A DNA stretch of 64,000 nt from Ruminiclostridium sp. (GTDB lineage: Bacteria; Bacillota; Clostridia; Oscillospirales; Ruminococcaceae): positions 153,900-217,899 of the forward strand of contig JAGALB010000043.1 of assembly GCA_017625405.1 (NCBI GenBank). Direction: 5' to 3'. Position numbers and translations under genes: made by a program. Positions 8,984 to 17,690 of the stretch are shown one piece after another. Every line of letters begins with the position of its first letter. Position 1 is the stretch's first letter. The notes beneath the pieces were generated by a model. The model saw nothing but the letters and a program-made list of their open reading frames with translations, did not search any database and was not told where the DNA came from.

Positions 8984-9469
8984 ATGGAAAGACGTGACAA
9001 AATCAACTATTATCTTGACATCGCCGAGGCAGTTTGCGAGCGCAGCACCTGTCTGCGTCGTCAGTTCGGCGCTATCATCGTCAAGAATGATGAGATTATT
9101 TCCACAGGCTACAACGGTGCGCCGAGAGGGCGTAAAAATTGCTGTGATGTAGGATGTGTGCGTGAGGAGCTGAATATTCCACGTGGCGAACGTTATGAAT
9201 TATGCCGTTCTGTTCATGCCGAGGCTAACGCAATCATCTCTGCAGCAAGAAGCGATATGATAGGTGCATCTATTTATCTTGCCTGTCATGATGCTAAATC
9301 AGGTACACAGGTCGGCAACGTTGAACCCTGTTCCATGTGCAAGAGACAGATTCTCAATGCAGGAATCGAAAAGGTTATTGTACGTGAAACCAGAAATGAA
9401 TATCGTATCATAGATGTTCAGGAGTGGATTGATAACGATGAAAGCCTTTTCGGAAGGGATAGCTATTGA
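8984..9469 (+). CDS. comEB: Deoxycytidylate (dCMP) deaminase, ComEB-type
   Basis: 161 aa. Cytidine/deoxycytidylate deaminase zinc motifs VHAEANAI and PCSMCKRQILNAGI. Confidence 0.85.
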   Translation: MERRDKINYYLDIAEAVCERSTCLRRQFGAIIVKNDEIISTGYNGAPRGRKNCCDVGCVREELNIPRGERYELCRSVHAEANAIISAARSDMIGASIYLACHDAKSGTQVGNVEPCSMCKRQILNAGIEKVIVRETRNEYRIIDVQEWIDNDESLFGRDSY

Positions 9470-10020
9470 TGAAAAAAATACTCATTATAATTCTTCCGGT
9501 TATTCTCGCAGGTGCAATCGGAGTTTCCATACCGTTTATCATCAATTCCGGTGATAAGCTCGTTTCGTCATCTGTCCGTGAACTTGAAGGGGAAACCTAT
9601 TTAATTGAGATTGATACAGAGAAGACTGAATCGAATACTCGTTGCAGCCTCAGCGTCAACAAGGAGCATCTCGGAGAAAATAATTACCGCTGCCGTATTC
9701 TGTTCAACGAGCAGATACTTGAAACGTTTGAGCCTGATTATAGTGTTGATTATCTTGATATTTCCGTTTGTCTGAATGGCGGCGATGAAATAAAGAGCGC
9801 CTATGCGGTCTGTGATAAATCTCAGGGTTATGAGAAAATCAAAGCTAATAACGGAATTCTCGGTTTTTCAGGTAATAAGGGATATATGGAAATTGAGTTC
9901 ATACTTTCAGATACTGACCCTGACGATGAAATGAAAATAAATCTTAATTGTGCATTGCAGGGAAATGGCTTCAACGCACTCAACCGTATTCACGGTATTG
10001 AGCAGGAAATCATCATATAA
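9466..10020 (+). CDS. Hypothetical membrane-anchored protein
   Basis: 184 aa, N-terminal TM helix (ILIIILPVILAGAIGVSIPFII). Start overlaps the comEB stop (TGATG). No recognisable domain. Confidence 0.5.
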   Translation: MMKKILIIILPVILAGAIGVSIPFIINSGDKLVSSSVRELEGETYLIEIDTEKTESNTRCSLSVNKEHLGENNYRCRILFNEQILETFEPDYSVDYLDISVCLNGGDEIKSAYAVCDKSQGYEKIKANNGILGFSGNKGYMEIEFILSDTDPDDEMKINLNCALQGNGFNALNRIHGIEQEIII

Positions 10021-10026
10021 TTACCG

Positions 10027-10055
10027 AAAGCTGCACTTGCTGCAGCTTTTCTTTT
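10027..10055 (+). terminator. Rho-independent terminator
   Basis: AAAGCTGCA/TGCAGCTTT stem followed by TCTTTT. Confidence 0.7.
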
Positions 10056-10132
10056 ATAAAACTACGTTTAACTATTGAAATATGATGATTAATATGATAA
10101 AATATAAATAAAAAAGGAAAGTGAGTAAAATT

Positions 10133-11185
10133 ATGTCAGTTACATATAAGGCTATCACTGATAATGTAAAACTTGTCGGCAGAACATATTTTGATGGCGA
10201 AAGATTATGGTGCGGTCTTTCAGGCAGCGGTATCAGTTTCAGATTCAAAGGTACAGATTGTAAAATAACAATCGGCGGTGACGAAGTTGCAACAGGTGAC
10301 AGCGATAAAGACAAGGCACGTTTTGCTATTCTTGTAAATGGCGACCGTGTAATTGATGATATTGTATCTTATGAAGCGAAAACTTACTCCGTTGTTTCAT
10401 CCGAAAGCGAAGTTTCATGTGTTGTTACACTTATCAAGCTTTCCGAAGCAGCAATGTCTGCATTATCGGTAAATGAAATTACAGTATGCGGTGAGATCGC
10501 TCCTGTGGATAATAAGGCGAAGTTTATTGAGTTTATCGGTGACTCAATTACCTGCGGTTATGGTGTTGATGATGAGGATGAAAATCATAATTTCAGCACT
10601 TCCACAGAGGATGTTACAAAGGCATATGCATATCGCACTGCAAAGATGCTTGATGTAGATTACAGCATGGTATCATACAGCGGCTATGGTATTATTTCCG
10701 GTTATACAGGTGACGGAGTAAGAAACGAAAAGGAACTTGTTCCTCCGTATTATGAAAATCCCGCATTTACATACGGTTCTTTCGGTGGTGTCAAGCCCCA
10801 TAATTTAAGCTGGGATTTCTCAATCCGTCAGCCTGATGTTATTGTTATAAATCTCGGTACCAATGATGACAGCTTCTGTCTTGAGGATGAAGAAAAAAGA
10901 ACTGAATATTGTGAAAAATATGTTGATTTTCTTAAGGTTGTCCGCAAAAACAATCCTTCTGCAAAAATTGTCTGCTGTCTTGGCATTATGACAGAGCGTC
11001 TGTGCCCATATGTCGAAAAAGTTGTCGCTGCTTACACTGGTGAAACAGGTGACGGTAATATTTCAACTCTTCGTTTTACAGAGCAGCTTCCCGAAGACGG
11101 ACTGGCAGCAAATTATCATCCTACATCCAGAACTCATAAAAAGGCTGCAGAAAAGCTTGCTGCTTATTTAAAGACAATTATTTAA
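10133..11185 (+). CDS. SGNH/GDSL hydrolase, carbohydrate-esterase-family-2-like (N-terminal beta-sandwich + esterase)
   Basis: GDSITCGYG (Ser block), NLGTNDD and ANYHPT blocks. ATG 10133 preferred over GTG 10121 on SD spacing. Confidence 0.75.
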   Translation: MSVTYKAITDNVKLVGRTYFDGERLWCGLSGSGISFRFKGTDCKITIGGDEVATGDSDKDKARFAILVNGDRVIDDIVSYEAKTYSVVSSESEVSCVVTLIKLSEAAMSALSVNEITVCGEIAPVDNKAKFIEFIGDSITCGYGVDDEDENHNFSTSTEDVTKAYAYRTAKMLDVDYSMVSYSGYGIISGYTGDGVRNEKELVPPYYENPAFTYGSFGGVKPHNLSWDFSIRQPDVIVINLGTNDDSFCLEDEEKRTEYCEKYVDFLKVVRKNNPSAKIVCCLGIMTERLCPYVEKVVAAYTGETGDGNISTLRFTEQLPEDGLAANYHPTSRTHKKAAEKLAAYLKTII

Positions 11186-11203
11186 TTAATCAGAGGTATT
11201 TTT

Positions 11204-12073
11204 ATGAACAGGTCGCTGCTTCGCCTTGTAAGAATTTTCGGTGCCGGCAATCCGGTTATTCATAAAGTGATTGAATATTATGGTAATGCCGGAATTGCTT
11301 GTTCTGAGCTTGATAAAGGGGATATACGTTTTCTGCCTGATAAGCAGATGCATGAGCTGGTAAGCTTTGTATCATATGAAAAAATAGATAAGGTAATTGC
11401 GTGGTGTGAAAAGAGGGATATCAGGCTTGTCAATCTCTGGGATAAGGAATATCCGCGTTTACTGAAAGAAATCTATAATCCTCCCGTTATTCTGTTTTAC
11501 TGTGGAGATCTCAGCTGTCTTGAAAGGACAACGATTACTGCAGTAGGCTCAAGAGAAGTTACAAGATATATGGAAAAGCTTTCATTCCGCATATGCAGGG
11601 ATTTGTCGAAGTACGGCATCACTCTTGTAAGCGGTATGGCTCGTGGTGTTGACAGTCTTGTTCATAATGCGTGTATACATGAAGGGAATCTTACTGTCGG
11701 AGTTCTTGCGTGTGGAATGAACTGTGATTATCCTATGGGAAGTGCATTGTTGAGACGTAAAATTGTAATGAACGGCGGTGCGTATATCACTGAGCTTTTC
11801 CCGGAAGTTACACCCACAAAGGAATATTTCAGAGGTAGAAACCGTATTGTTGCAGGACTTTCCGAAGGAACAATAGTTTTTCAGGCAGGAAAGAAAAGCG
11901 GCTCTCTGATAACTGCAGATTATGCCTTGGATGAGGGCAGGGATGTTTTCTGTGTTCCGCCACCCAATCTGCTTGACCGTCGATATGAGGGTGTCATACC
12001 ATTGCTTGAAGACGGCGCAGTTCCTGTGTTCAATCATGATGATATACTTGATTTCTACCGTAATAACTATTGA
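11204..12073 (+). CDS. dprA: DNA-processing protein DprA (Smf)
   Basis: 289 aa. Motifs SGMARGVDS, GRNRIVAGLS, SGSLITADYALDEGRDVFCVP. Confidence 0.9.
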   Translation: MNRSLLRLVRIFGAGNPVIHKVIEYYGNAGIACSELDKGDIRFLPDKQMHELVSFVSYEKIDKVIAWCEKRDIRLVNLWDKEYPRLLKEIYNPPVILFYCGDLSCLERTTITAVGSREVTRYMEKLSFRICRDLSKYGITLVSGMARGVDSLVHNACIHEGNLTVGVLACGMNCDYPMGSALLRRKIVMNGGAYITELFPEVTPTKEYFRGRNRIVAGLSEGTIVFQAGKKSGSLITADYALDEGRDVFCVPPPNLLDRRYEGVIPLLEDGAVPVFNHDDILDFYRNNY

Positions 12074-12079
12074 ATAAGA

Positions 12080-12113
12080 AACACCGCAGTGCAATCGCAC
12101 TGCGGTGTTTTTA
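12080..12113. terminator. Bidirectional terminator between dprA and the convergent MCP gene
   Basis: 13-bp stem AACACCGCAGTGC/GCACTGCGGTGTT, TTTTT on plus side, U-rich on minus side. Confidence 0.8.
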
Positions 12114-13520
12114 TCAGTTGATATTTTCAATTCTTGTATTGCTGACAACACGGTCAATATTTTCTCTGTAATTATCCATTGCCTTAGCAATTTCCTTAAC
12201 GGAGCGGTGGTTTTCTTCGGAATAATTTCTCATATCTGCGATCTGTGATCTGAGAGTGCCGAAAATATCATCCACATCATGTACGTTTTCGTTCTGGGCT
12301 TCAATATTGTCGTAGAGTTTCTGAAAACGTTCTGTAAGGTTATCGAAACCGTCATTGAGGCTGTTCATGGTTGCTTCAGTCTGTGCAATGGCGTCAGTCG
12401 TAACCTTGAATTCCATTGATGTGTTTTCAACCTCAATCAGAAGCTCTCTTACGGCATCTGCGACCTGATCGGCGAATTTATCGCTGCTTTCGGACAGACC
12501 TTTCATTTCATTTGCTACAACTGCAAAGCCTGTGCCTGCGCTGCCTGCGTGCGAAGCTTCAACAGAAGCGTTGATGGAGAGAAGCGTTGTTTTGAGAGAG
12601 ATTGCACTCAGCTGTTCTGCGATACCTGCAACACCGTTTATCTTGTGCTTCATTTCGCTGAATACCTTATTTGTTCTTTCAATAATTTCGGTTACCTCGC
12701 TGAGCTGCTGTTTCATAGCGTCGATATTGCTGCGGTTTTCCGAAAGGGCAGCTTCAAATTTTTTAACCTGAGAATTAAGTTCGTTAATCTGTTCTTCTGT
12801 TTCACGGATTTTAACCTGAACATCACCGCAGCTTTCAGCTACTGTTTCAGTGCCACGGATGATTATAGCCGAGCCATCTTCAAGTCCCTGTGTGCTTTCT
12901 TCGATACTTCTGGAAGACTTGTCAAAATCGCTCTGGATTTCATCGCCCATCTGTTTCATTGTATCAAGAAGGGATTCGGCTGCAGCTGTCTGCTTGATGG
13001 TCATATCAATAAAAGCACGGCCTCTGGTGATTGCAAGGAAGAAGAGCCAGCCTGCAAGGTTGAAAATAACAAAACAGAGTATGTACTGTCCCAGGCTTAC
13101 GGATTTTTCAGGATGAATGAGGTACATCAGCACAAGAGCAATATCGGTAACAAAAATCTGGATTTTGGTGAATTTCGGCTCAAGGTACATACCGGTCATA
13201 CCAATTGCCGCCAGATAAAGAGGGAAGTCGTCGCTATACCAGTCGCCGCTGAAAAGGGAAATTGCAAAAATCAGTATAATGAGGCATATCGACAGGTAAA
13301 ATTCAATTTTCAGCATATCTGCCTTTTTGGACTTCATCACCTGAAGCATTATAAGGGTAAGACCGAGGCTCGCTCCTATTGAAATCATACCCGCTACGTT
13401 GAATTCAATCAGATTCTTCACGAAAAATGCGCCCGATGCAACATACATTACAATCTGCATTATTCTGAAGATTTTTTCATGGGTAATCGGTGGTTTTGAT
13501 GCTGTTGTTTCGATTTTCAT
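12114..13520 (-). CDS. Methyl-accepting chemotaxis protein with polytopic N-terminal membrane domain
   Basis: 468 aa. Signalling hairpin core LLSINASVEASHAGSAGTGFAVVANEMKGLSE. About six N-terminal hydrophobic helices. SD GGAGG. Confidence 0.85.
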   Translation of the reverse strand: MKIETTASKPPITHEKIFRIMQIVMYVASGAFFVKNLIEFNVAGMISIGASLGLTLIMLQVMKSKKADMLKIEFYLSICLIILIFAISLFSGDWYSDDFPLYLAAIGMTGMYLEPKFTKIQIFVTDIALVLMYLIHPEKSVSLGQYILCFVIFNLAGWLFFLAITRGRAFIDMTIKQTAAAESLLDTMKQMGDEIQSDFDKSSRSIEESTQGLEDGSAIIIRGTETVAESCGDVQVKIRETEEQINELNSQVKKFEAALSENRSNIDAMKQQLSEVTEIIERTNKVFSEMKHKINGVAGIAEQLSAISLKTTLLSINASVEASHAGSAGTGFAVVANEMKGLSESSDKFADQVADAVRELLIEVENTSMEFKVTTDAIAQTEATMNSLNDGFDNLTERFQKLYDNIEAQNENVHDVDDIFGTLRSQIADMRNYSEENHRSVKEIAKAMDNYRENIDRVVSNTRIENIN

Positions 13521-13554
13521 ATTAATTTCCTCCGTATATTTCTGCGTTACCGCA

Positions 13555-14910
13555 TTAATCCTTTATTTTTTCGATTTTAACCACACATTCCACGTGTCTT
13601 GTCCTGCTGAATAAATCCACGCCCTGAACGCTCGCACATTTATAACCATACTCTTCAAGGTATTTGCAGTCTCTTGCAGCTGTAACGGCATTGCAGGAAA
13701 CCATTACTATCCTTTCAGGATTGAATTTAACAATATTTGAAAGGGTGCGCTCGTCACAACCCTTTCTTGCAGGGTCGACGATAACTACATCGGCTTTTAT
13801 GCCTTCGTCTACAAGAATATCGGTAGCTTGTCCGGCATCGCCGCAGATAAAACGTACGTTTTCGGCATTGTTGAGCTTTGCGTTCTCTATTGCGTTTGCA
13901 ACAGAGCTTTCGACAATCTCAACACCGATTATGCTTTTTGCTTTATCTGCCATTGTAAGTCCGATAGTTCCTGCACCGCAGTAAAGGTCGATGATTGTTT
14001 TTCCTTCAGGTTCAGCAAGTTCTGCGGCTTTCTGATACAGCACTTCAGCCATAGGTGTATTTACCTGGTAGAAGGAAAGGGGAGAGACGGAAAATGTTTT
14101 TCCGCACATGCTGTCGGTTATATTGCCGCTGCCGAAAAGGATTTTTTCATCCTTGCCGTAAATTACATTTGTTTTATCTTTATTGATATTTACGGTTATT
14201 GTTGTAATGTCCGAGAATTTCTTTCTCAGCTCAAAAGCAAGAGCCTTAAGCTGCGGAACAAATCTTCTGACTACGAGTGTTATACAGATTTCGCCTGAGT
14301 AATGACCTTTTCTTATGCATATATGGCGGAGAACACCGCTGTGTTCTGCTTCGTTATATGCTGAAATCTTATATTCCTTGGCAAGGTCAAGTATACAGTT
14401 TTTGATTTCGGCAAAAACTGGGGATTCAAGCCTGCATTTTTCACAGGGAATAATACGATGACTTCTTCCTGCGAAAAAACCACACAATGTTTCACCTTTG
14501 TCATTCTTGCCGACGGGATACTGTGCTTTATTGCGGTAACCATTTTCGCTGATGTTTCCTGTTACAGGGAGAAAAACGGGGTTAAGACCGCCGATGCGGG
14601 TGAAAGAATCACGTATAAACTGCTCCTTGGCTCTGAGTTCGGCATCATAGGATATGTGTCTGAAATCACATCCGCCGCATTTGCCGAAAACATCACAATC
14701 GGGTGTGATTCTGTCTGCGGAGGGGCAGGTGATCTCTTCGATTTTTCCGTAGCAATGCGATTTGTTGGCTTTTACGATTCTTGTTTTAAGCTTGTCACCA
14801 ACAGCGGAAAAGGGAACAAAAACAACCATACCGTCATATTTGCCGATTCCGCAGCCTTCATTGGTAAGACCTGTTATTTCAAGATCAATTATATCATTTT
14901 TGTTGAGCAT
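13555..14910 (-). CDS. 23S rRNA (uracil-C5)-methyltransferase, RumA/RlmD family (TRAM + Fe-S Cys cluster + SAM-MTase)
   Basis: TRAM-like N-terminus, CGGCDFRH cluster, SAM motif DLYCGAGTIGL, nucleophile VSCNAVT. Start moved to ATG 14910 (MLNKND...) because the listed start 14952 overlaps the prfB 3' end. Confidence 0.85.
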   Translation of the reverse strand: MLNKNDIIDLEITGLTNEGCGIGKYDGMVVFVPFSAVGDKLKTRIVKANKSHCYGKIEEITCPSADRITPDCDVFGKCGGCDFRHISYDAELRAKEQFIRDSFTRIGGLNPVFLPVTGNISENGYRNKAQYPVGKNDKGETLCGFFAGRSHRIIPCEKCRLESPVFAEIKNCILDLAKEYKISAYNEAEHSGVLRHICIRKGHYSGEICITLVVRRFVPQLKALAFELRKKFSDITTITVNINKDKTNVIYGKDEKILFGSGNITDSMCGKTFSVSPLSFYQVNTPMAEVLYQKAAELAEPEGKTIIDLYCGAGTIGLTMADKAKSIIGVEIVESSVANAIENAKLNNAENVRFICGDAGQATDILVDEGIKADVVIVDPARKGCDERTLSNIVKFNPERIVMVSCNAVTAARDCKYLEEYGYKCASVQGVDLFSRTRHVECVVKIEKIKD

Positions 14911-14911
14911 A

Positions 14912-16027
14912 TCAGCTGTTCTTTTCAAGCGCCTTGCTCTTGAGGTATGCATTTATGAAGCCGTCAATATCGCCGTCCATAACAGCCTGGATATTACCCA
15001 TTTCGTAGCTTGTTCTGTGGTCCTTTGCAAGGGTATAGGGCATGAATACATAAGAACGGATCTGTGCACCCCAGGCGATCTGGAGCTGTTCGCCCTTGAT
15101 GTCGGTGATTTTGTCAAGATGTTCACGTTCTTTGATTTCAACAAGCTTGGAAATAAGCATCTTCATAGCGTATTCACGGTTCTGAAGCTGGCTTCTCTGT
15201 GTCTGACAGGCACATACGATACCTGTGGGCTTGTGGATAAGACGGACAGCAGAGCTGGTCTTGTTTACCTTCTGACCACCAGCACCGCTGGAACGATAAA
15301 CTTCCATTTCGATATCCTCGTCACGGATTTCAACGCTTGTGTCTTCGTCAATTTCAGGCATTACTTCAAGGCTGGCAAAGCTTGTGTGGCGTCTTCCTGA
15401 AGAGTCAAAAGGGGAAACACGTACAAGTCTGTGTACGCCGTTCTCAGACTTTAAGAAGCCGTACGCATTCATACCTTCAACAAGAATAGATGCACTCTTG
15501 ATACCTGCTTCATCGCCTTCGAGATAGTCGAGGAGAGAAACCTTGAAATTATGACGTTCAGCCCAGCGGTTGTACATTCCGTAAAGCATTTCCACCCAGT
15601 CCTGAGCTTCAGTTCCGCCTGCGCCTGCATGGAATGTAAGAATTGCATTCTTTCCGTCATATTCGCCGGAGAGCAGGGTAACAAGTTTCTGTTCTTCGAG
15701 AAGAGATTTTGTCTTTTCCGCTAAACCCATTATTTCGTCAAGTACGGATTCGTCTTCATCCTCGTTCGCCAGTTCAGCCATTGTGATAACATCATCAAAA
15801 TTTTCTTCAAGCTTTTCGTACTGCGCAACTTTGGCCTTGAGACCGCCCATCTTCTGAAGTACCTTCTGAGAATTTTCACTGTCATTCCAGAAATCGGGCT
15901 GTGCAGATTCTTCTTCAAGCTGGGCGATTTCTGCACGGAGTTTATCGAGGTCAAGGGCAGCAGCAAGCTCCTTTAACTGAGGTTTGAGTCCCTCAAATTC
16001 AAGTATAAGTTCTTCGTACTGTAACAT
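14912..16027 (-). CDS. prfB: Peptide chain release factor 2, encoded in one continuous frame
   Basis: 371 aa. SPF tripeptide (RVSPFDS) and GGQ (SSGAGGQKVNKTSSAVR). The usual frameshift position reads CTT GAC (15950-15955). Confidence 0.95.
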   Translation of the reverse strand: MLQYEELILEFEGLKPQLKELAAALDLDKLRAEIAQLEEESAQPDFWNDSENSQKVLQKMGGLKAKVAQYEKLEENFDDVITMAELANEDEDESVLDEIMGLAEKTKSLLEEQKLVTLLSGEYDGKNAILTFHAGAGGTEAQDWVEMLYGMYNRWAERHNFKVSLLDYLEGDEAGIKSASILVEGMNAYGFLKSENGVHRLVRVSPFDSSGRRHTSFASLEVMPEIDEDTSVEIRDEDIEMEVYRSSGAGGQKVNKTSSAVRLIHKPTGIVCACQTQRSQLQNREYAMKMLISKLVEIKEREHLDKITDIKGEQLQIAWGAQIRSYVFMPYTLAKDHRTSYEMGNIQAVMDGDIDGFINAYLKSKALEKNS

Positions 16028-16145
16028 AAAAAAGTTCCTTTCAGATATTTATTATAATTTTATGAATAATAGCGGTATTACATAAAAATAATTCCTTTCC
16101 GTTGTTTGTTGTATATTTTTATAGTATAATAGCATTATTAAAAAT

Positions 16146-16174
16146 ATTATACTACAAATATCCATTTTTGTAAA
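16146..16174 (-). promoter_or_regulatory. Putative sigma-A promoter of prfB
   Basis: Minus strand TTTACA-17 nt-TATAAT. Predicts a 5' UTR of about 110 nt. Confidence 0.45.
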
Positions 16175-16227
16175 GATAGAATTAATATATTTTTATATTA
16201 TTTTTCGCTTATTTATCAGATTTGCTA

Positions 16228-16256
16228 TTGACAACACAAAAAAACTATGTTATAAT
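16228..16256 (+). promoter_or_regulatory. Putative sigma-A promoter of rpmE
   Basis: Consensus TTGACA-17 nt-TATAAT. Confidence 0.65.
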
Positions 16257-16273
16257 ATCAAATCGGTAAGTGT

Positions 16274-16304
16274 CTGTGGGTTGCTCCCCACAGCGGTATT
16301 TTTT
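16274..16304 (+). promoter_or_regulatory. Terminator-like hairpin in the rpmE 5' leader (candidate r-protein leader/attenuator)
   Basis: CTGTGGG-ttgctc-CCCACAG then cggta + TTTTTT, ending about 20 nt before the SD AAGGCGGTG. Confidence 0.4.
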
Positions 16305-16325
16305 AAAGTATAAGGCGGTGACAGC

Positions 16326-16529
16326 ATGAAAAAGGATATCCATCCCAACTATGAAGCAACAACAATCAGATGTGCTTGTGGCGAAGTTATCGAAACTCGT
16401 TCCACAAAGAAGGACATCAAGGTTGAAATCTGCTCTAAGTGCCACCCCTTCTTCACAGGTAAGCAGAAGCTCGTTGATACAGGCGGACGTGTAGACCGTT
16501 TCAAGAAGAAGTACAATCTTGGCAAGTAA
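16326..16529 (+). CDS. rpmE: 50S ribosomal protein L31 (Cys-containing type A)
   Basis: 67 aa MKKDIHPNY...CACG...[13 protein letters not shown]. Confidence 0.95.
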   Translation: MKKDIHPNYEATTIRCACGEVIETRSTKKDIKVEICSKCHPFFTGKQKLVDTGGRVDRFKKKYNLGK

Positions 16530-16537
16530 GCAATTTA

Positions 16538-16568
16538 CCCTCCGCTTCTGCGGAGGGTTTTGTTGTTT
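16538..16568 (+). terminator. Rho-independent terminator of rpmE
   Basis: CCCTCCGC/GCGGAGGG stem followed by TTTTGTTGTTT. Confidence 0.85.
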
Positions 16569-16634
16569 AAAACGATTGATTTTTTTGCTGTAATAGGGTA
16601 TAATTAAGAAAAATAATTCAGATGAGGCAATTAA

Positions 16635-17561
16635 ATGAATATAACACATCTCAGATATGCCGTTGAGGTAGAAAAAGCCAAATCCATAAATAAAGCGGCT
16701 GAAAATCTATATATGGGGCAGCCCAATTTAAGCCGCGCCATAAGGGAACTGGAAGAAGAACTCGGTATCACTATATTCAACCGGAGCTCCAGAGGAATGA
16801 CAATAACTCCTGAGGGAGAAGAATTCCTCAGTTATGCACACAGAATTCTTGAACAGGTAAGTGAAGTTGAAGCCATCTATAAAACAAAAAAGCACGACAG
16901 GCAGAAGTTTACGGTTTCTGTTCCTCGTGCAAGCTATATTTCCCATGCGTTCAGTGAATTTTCAAAAGCGATAGATACATCCAGACCTGTTGAAATATAT
17001 TATAAGGAAACAAATTCTTCAAGAGCGATAACAAATATGCTTCAGAATGATTATAAGCTTGCTATTCTGAGATATCAGGATACTTTTGAAGAATATTTCA
17101 GAAATCTTATGGAAGAAAAGGATCTGAAAAGCAGGCTTATAACGGAATTTTCCTACCGCCTTATGGTAAACAGGAACAGTCCTCTTGCGGGTATGGAAAA
17201 GATTACCCCCGAGGTTTTAAGCGATTATATTGAGATAGCTCACGCTGACCCGTATGTGCCGTCGCTGCCGTATATTGATGTAATGAAAAGGGAGCTTGCA
17301 GATTATACGGATAAACGCATCTATCTTTTTGAAAGAGCAAGTCAGTTTGAACTTATGGCTGCAAATGAGCGTACGTTTATGTGGGTTTCGCCTATACCGA
17401 AAAGCATAAAGGAAAGGTACAACCTTGTTGAAATTGAGTGTGATTTTCATAACAGAATATACAGGGATGTTCTTGTATACAGGAAAGGATATGTTTTTTC
17501 GGAACTTGATAAGTTGTTCATAGAAAAGCTTGAAGATGCACAAAAAGAGGTTATGAATTAA
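16635..17561 (+). CDS. LysR-family transcriptional regulator
   Basis: 308 aa. N-terminal wHTH LRYAVEVEKAKSINKAAENLYMGQPNLSRAIRELEEELGITIFNRSSRG. Confidence 0.85.
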   Translation: MNITHLRYAVEVEKAKSINKAAENLYMGQPNLSRAIRELEEELGITIFNRSSRGMTITPEGEEFLSYAHRILEQVSEVEAIYKTKKHDRQKFTVSVPRASYISHAFSEFSKAIDTSRPVEIYYKETNSSRAITNMLQNDYKLAILRYQDTFEEYFRNLMEEKDLKSRLITEFSYRLMVNRNSPLAGMEKITPEVLSDYIEIAHADPYVPSLPYIDVMKRELADYTDKRIYLFERASQFELMAANERTFMWVSPIPKSIKERYNLVEIECDFHNRIYRDVLVYRKGYVFSELDKLFIEKLEDAQKEVMN

Positions 17562-17604
17562 TGAAAGCCGAGCCGCCTTAGTGTATCCGTATATAGAAGT
17601 TTTT

Positions 17605-17643
17605 AACCCCGCCGTTTTGCAACTGCGGGGTTAGCTTTTTCTT
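17605..17643 (+). terminator. Rho-independent terminator after the LysR gene
   Basis: AACCCCGC/GCGGGGTT stem followed by AGCTTTTTCTT. Confidence 0.7.
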
Positions 17644-17690
17644 ATAAAAGGTGGAAATTACCCGAGGCGGTACGCCTCGCATCTGTTTTT

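Noticed and set aside
12549-13382. Long antisense ORF (277 aa) within the MCP gene. Similar shadows occur at 38449..39198 (lon), 2149..2826 (GH31), 24836..25462 (rnfD), 14762..15400 (prfB), 11582..12190 (dprA) and 63640..63960 (trkH)
   Set aside because: Each lies entirely opposite a confidently identified gene and has no recognisable motifs or SD. These are typical shadow ORFs.
15232-15240. DnaA box TGTGGATAA
   Set aside because: It is a single copy inside the prfB coding sequence with no cluster or AT-rich unwinding element, so it is not an origin.
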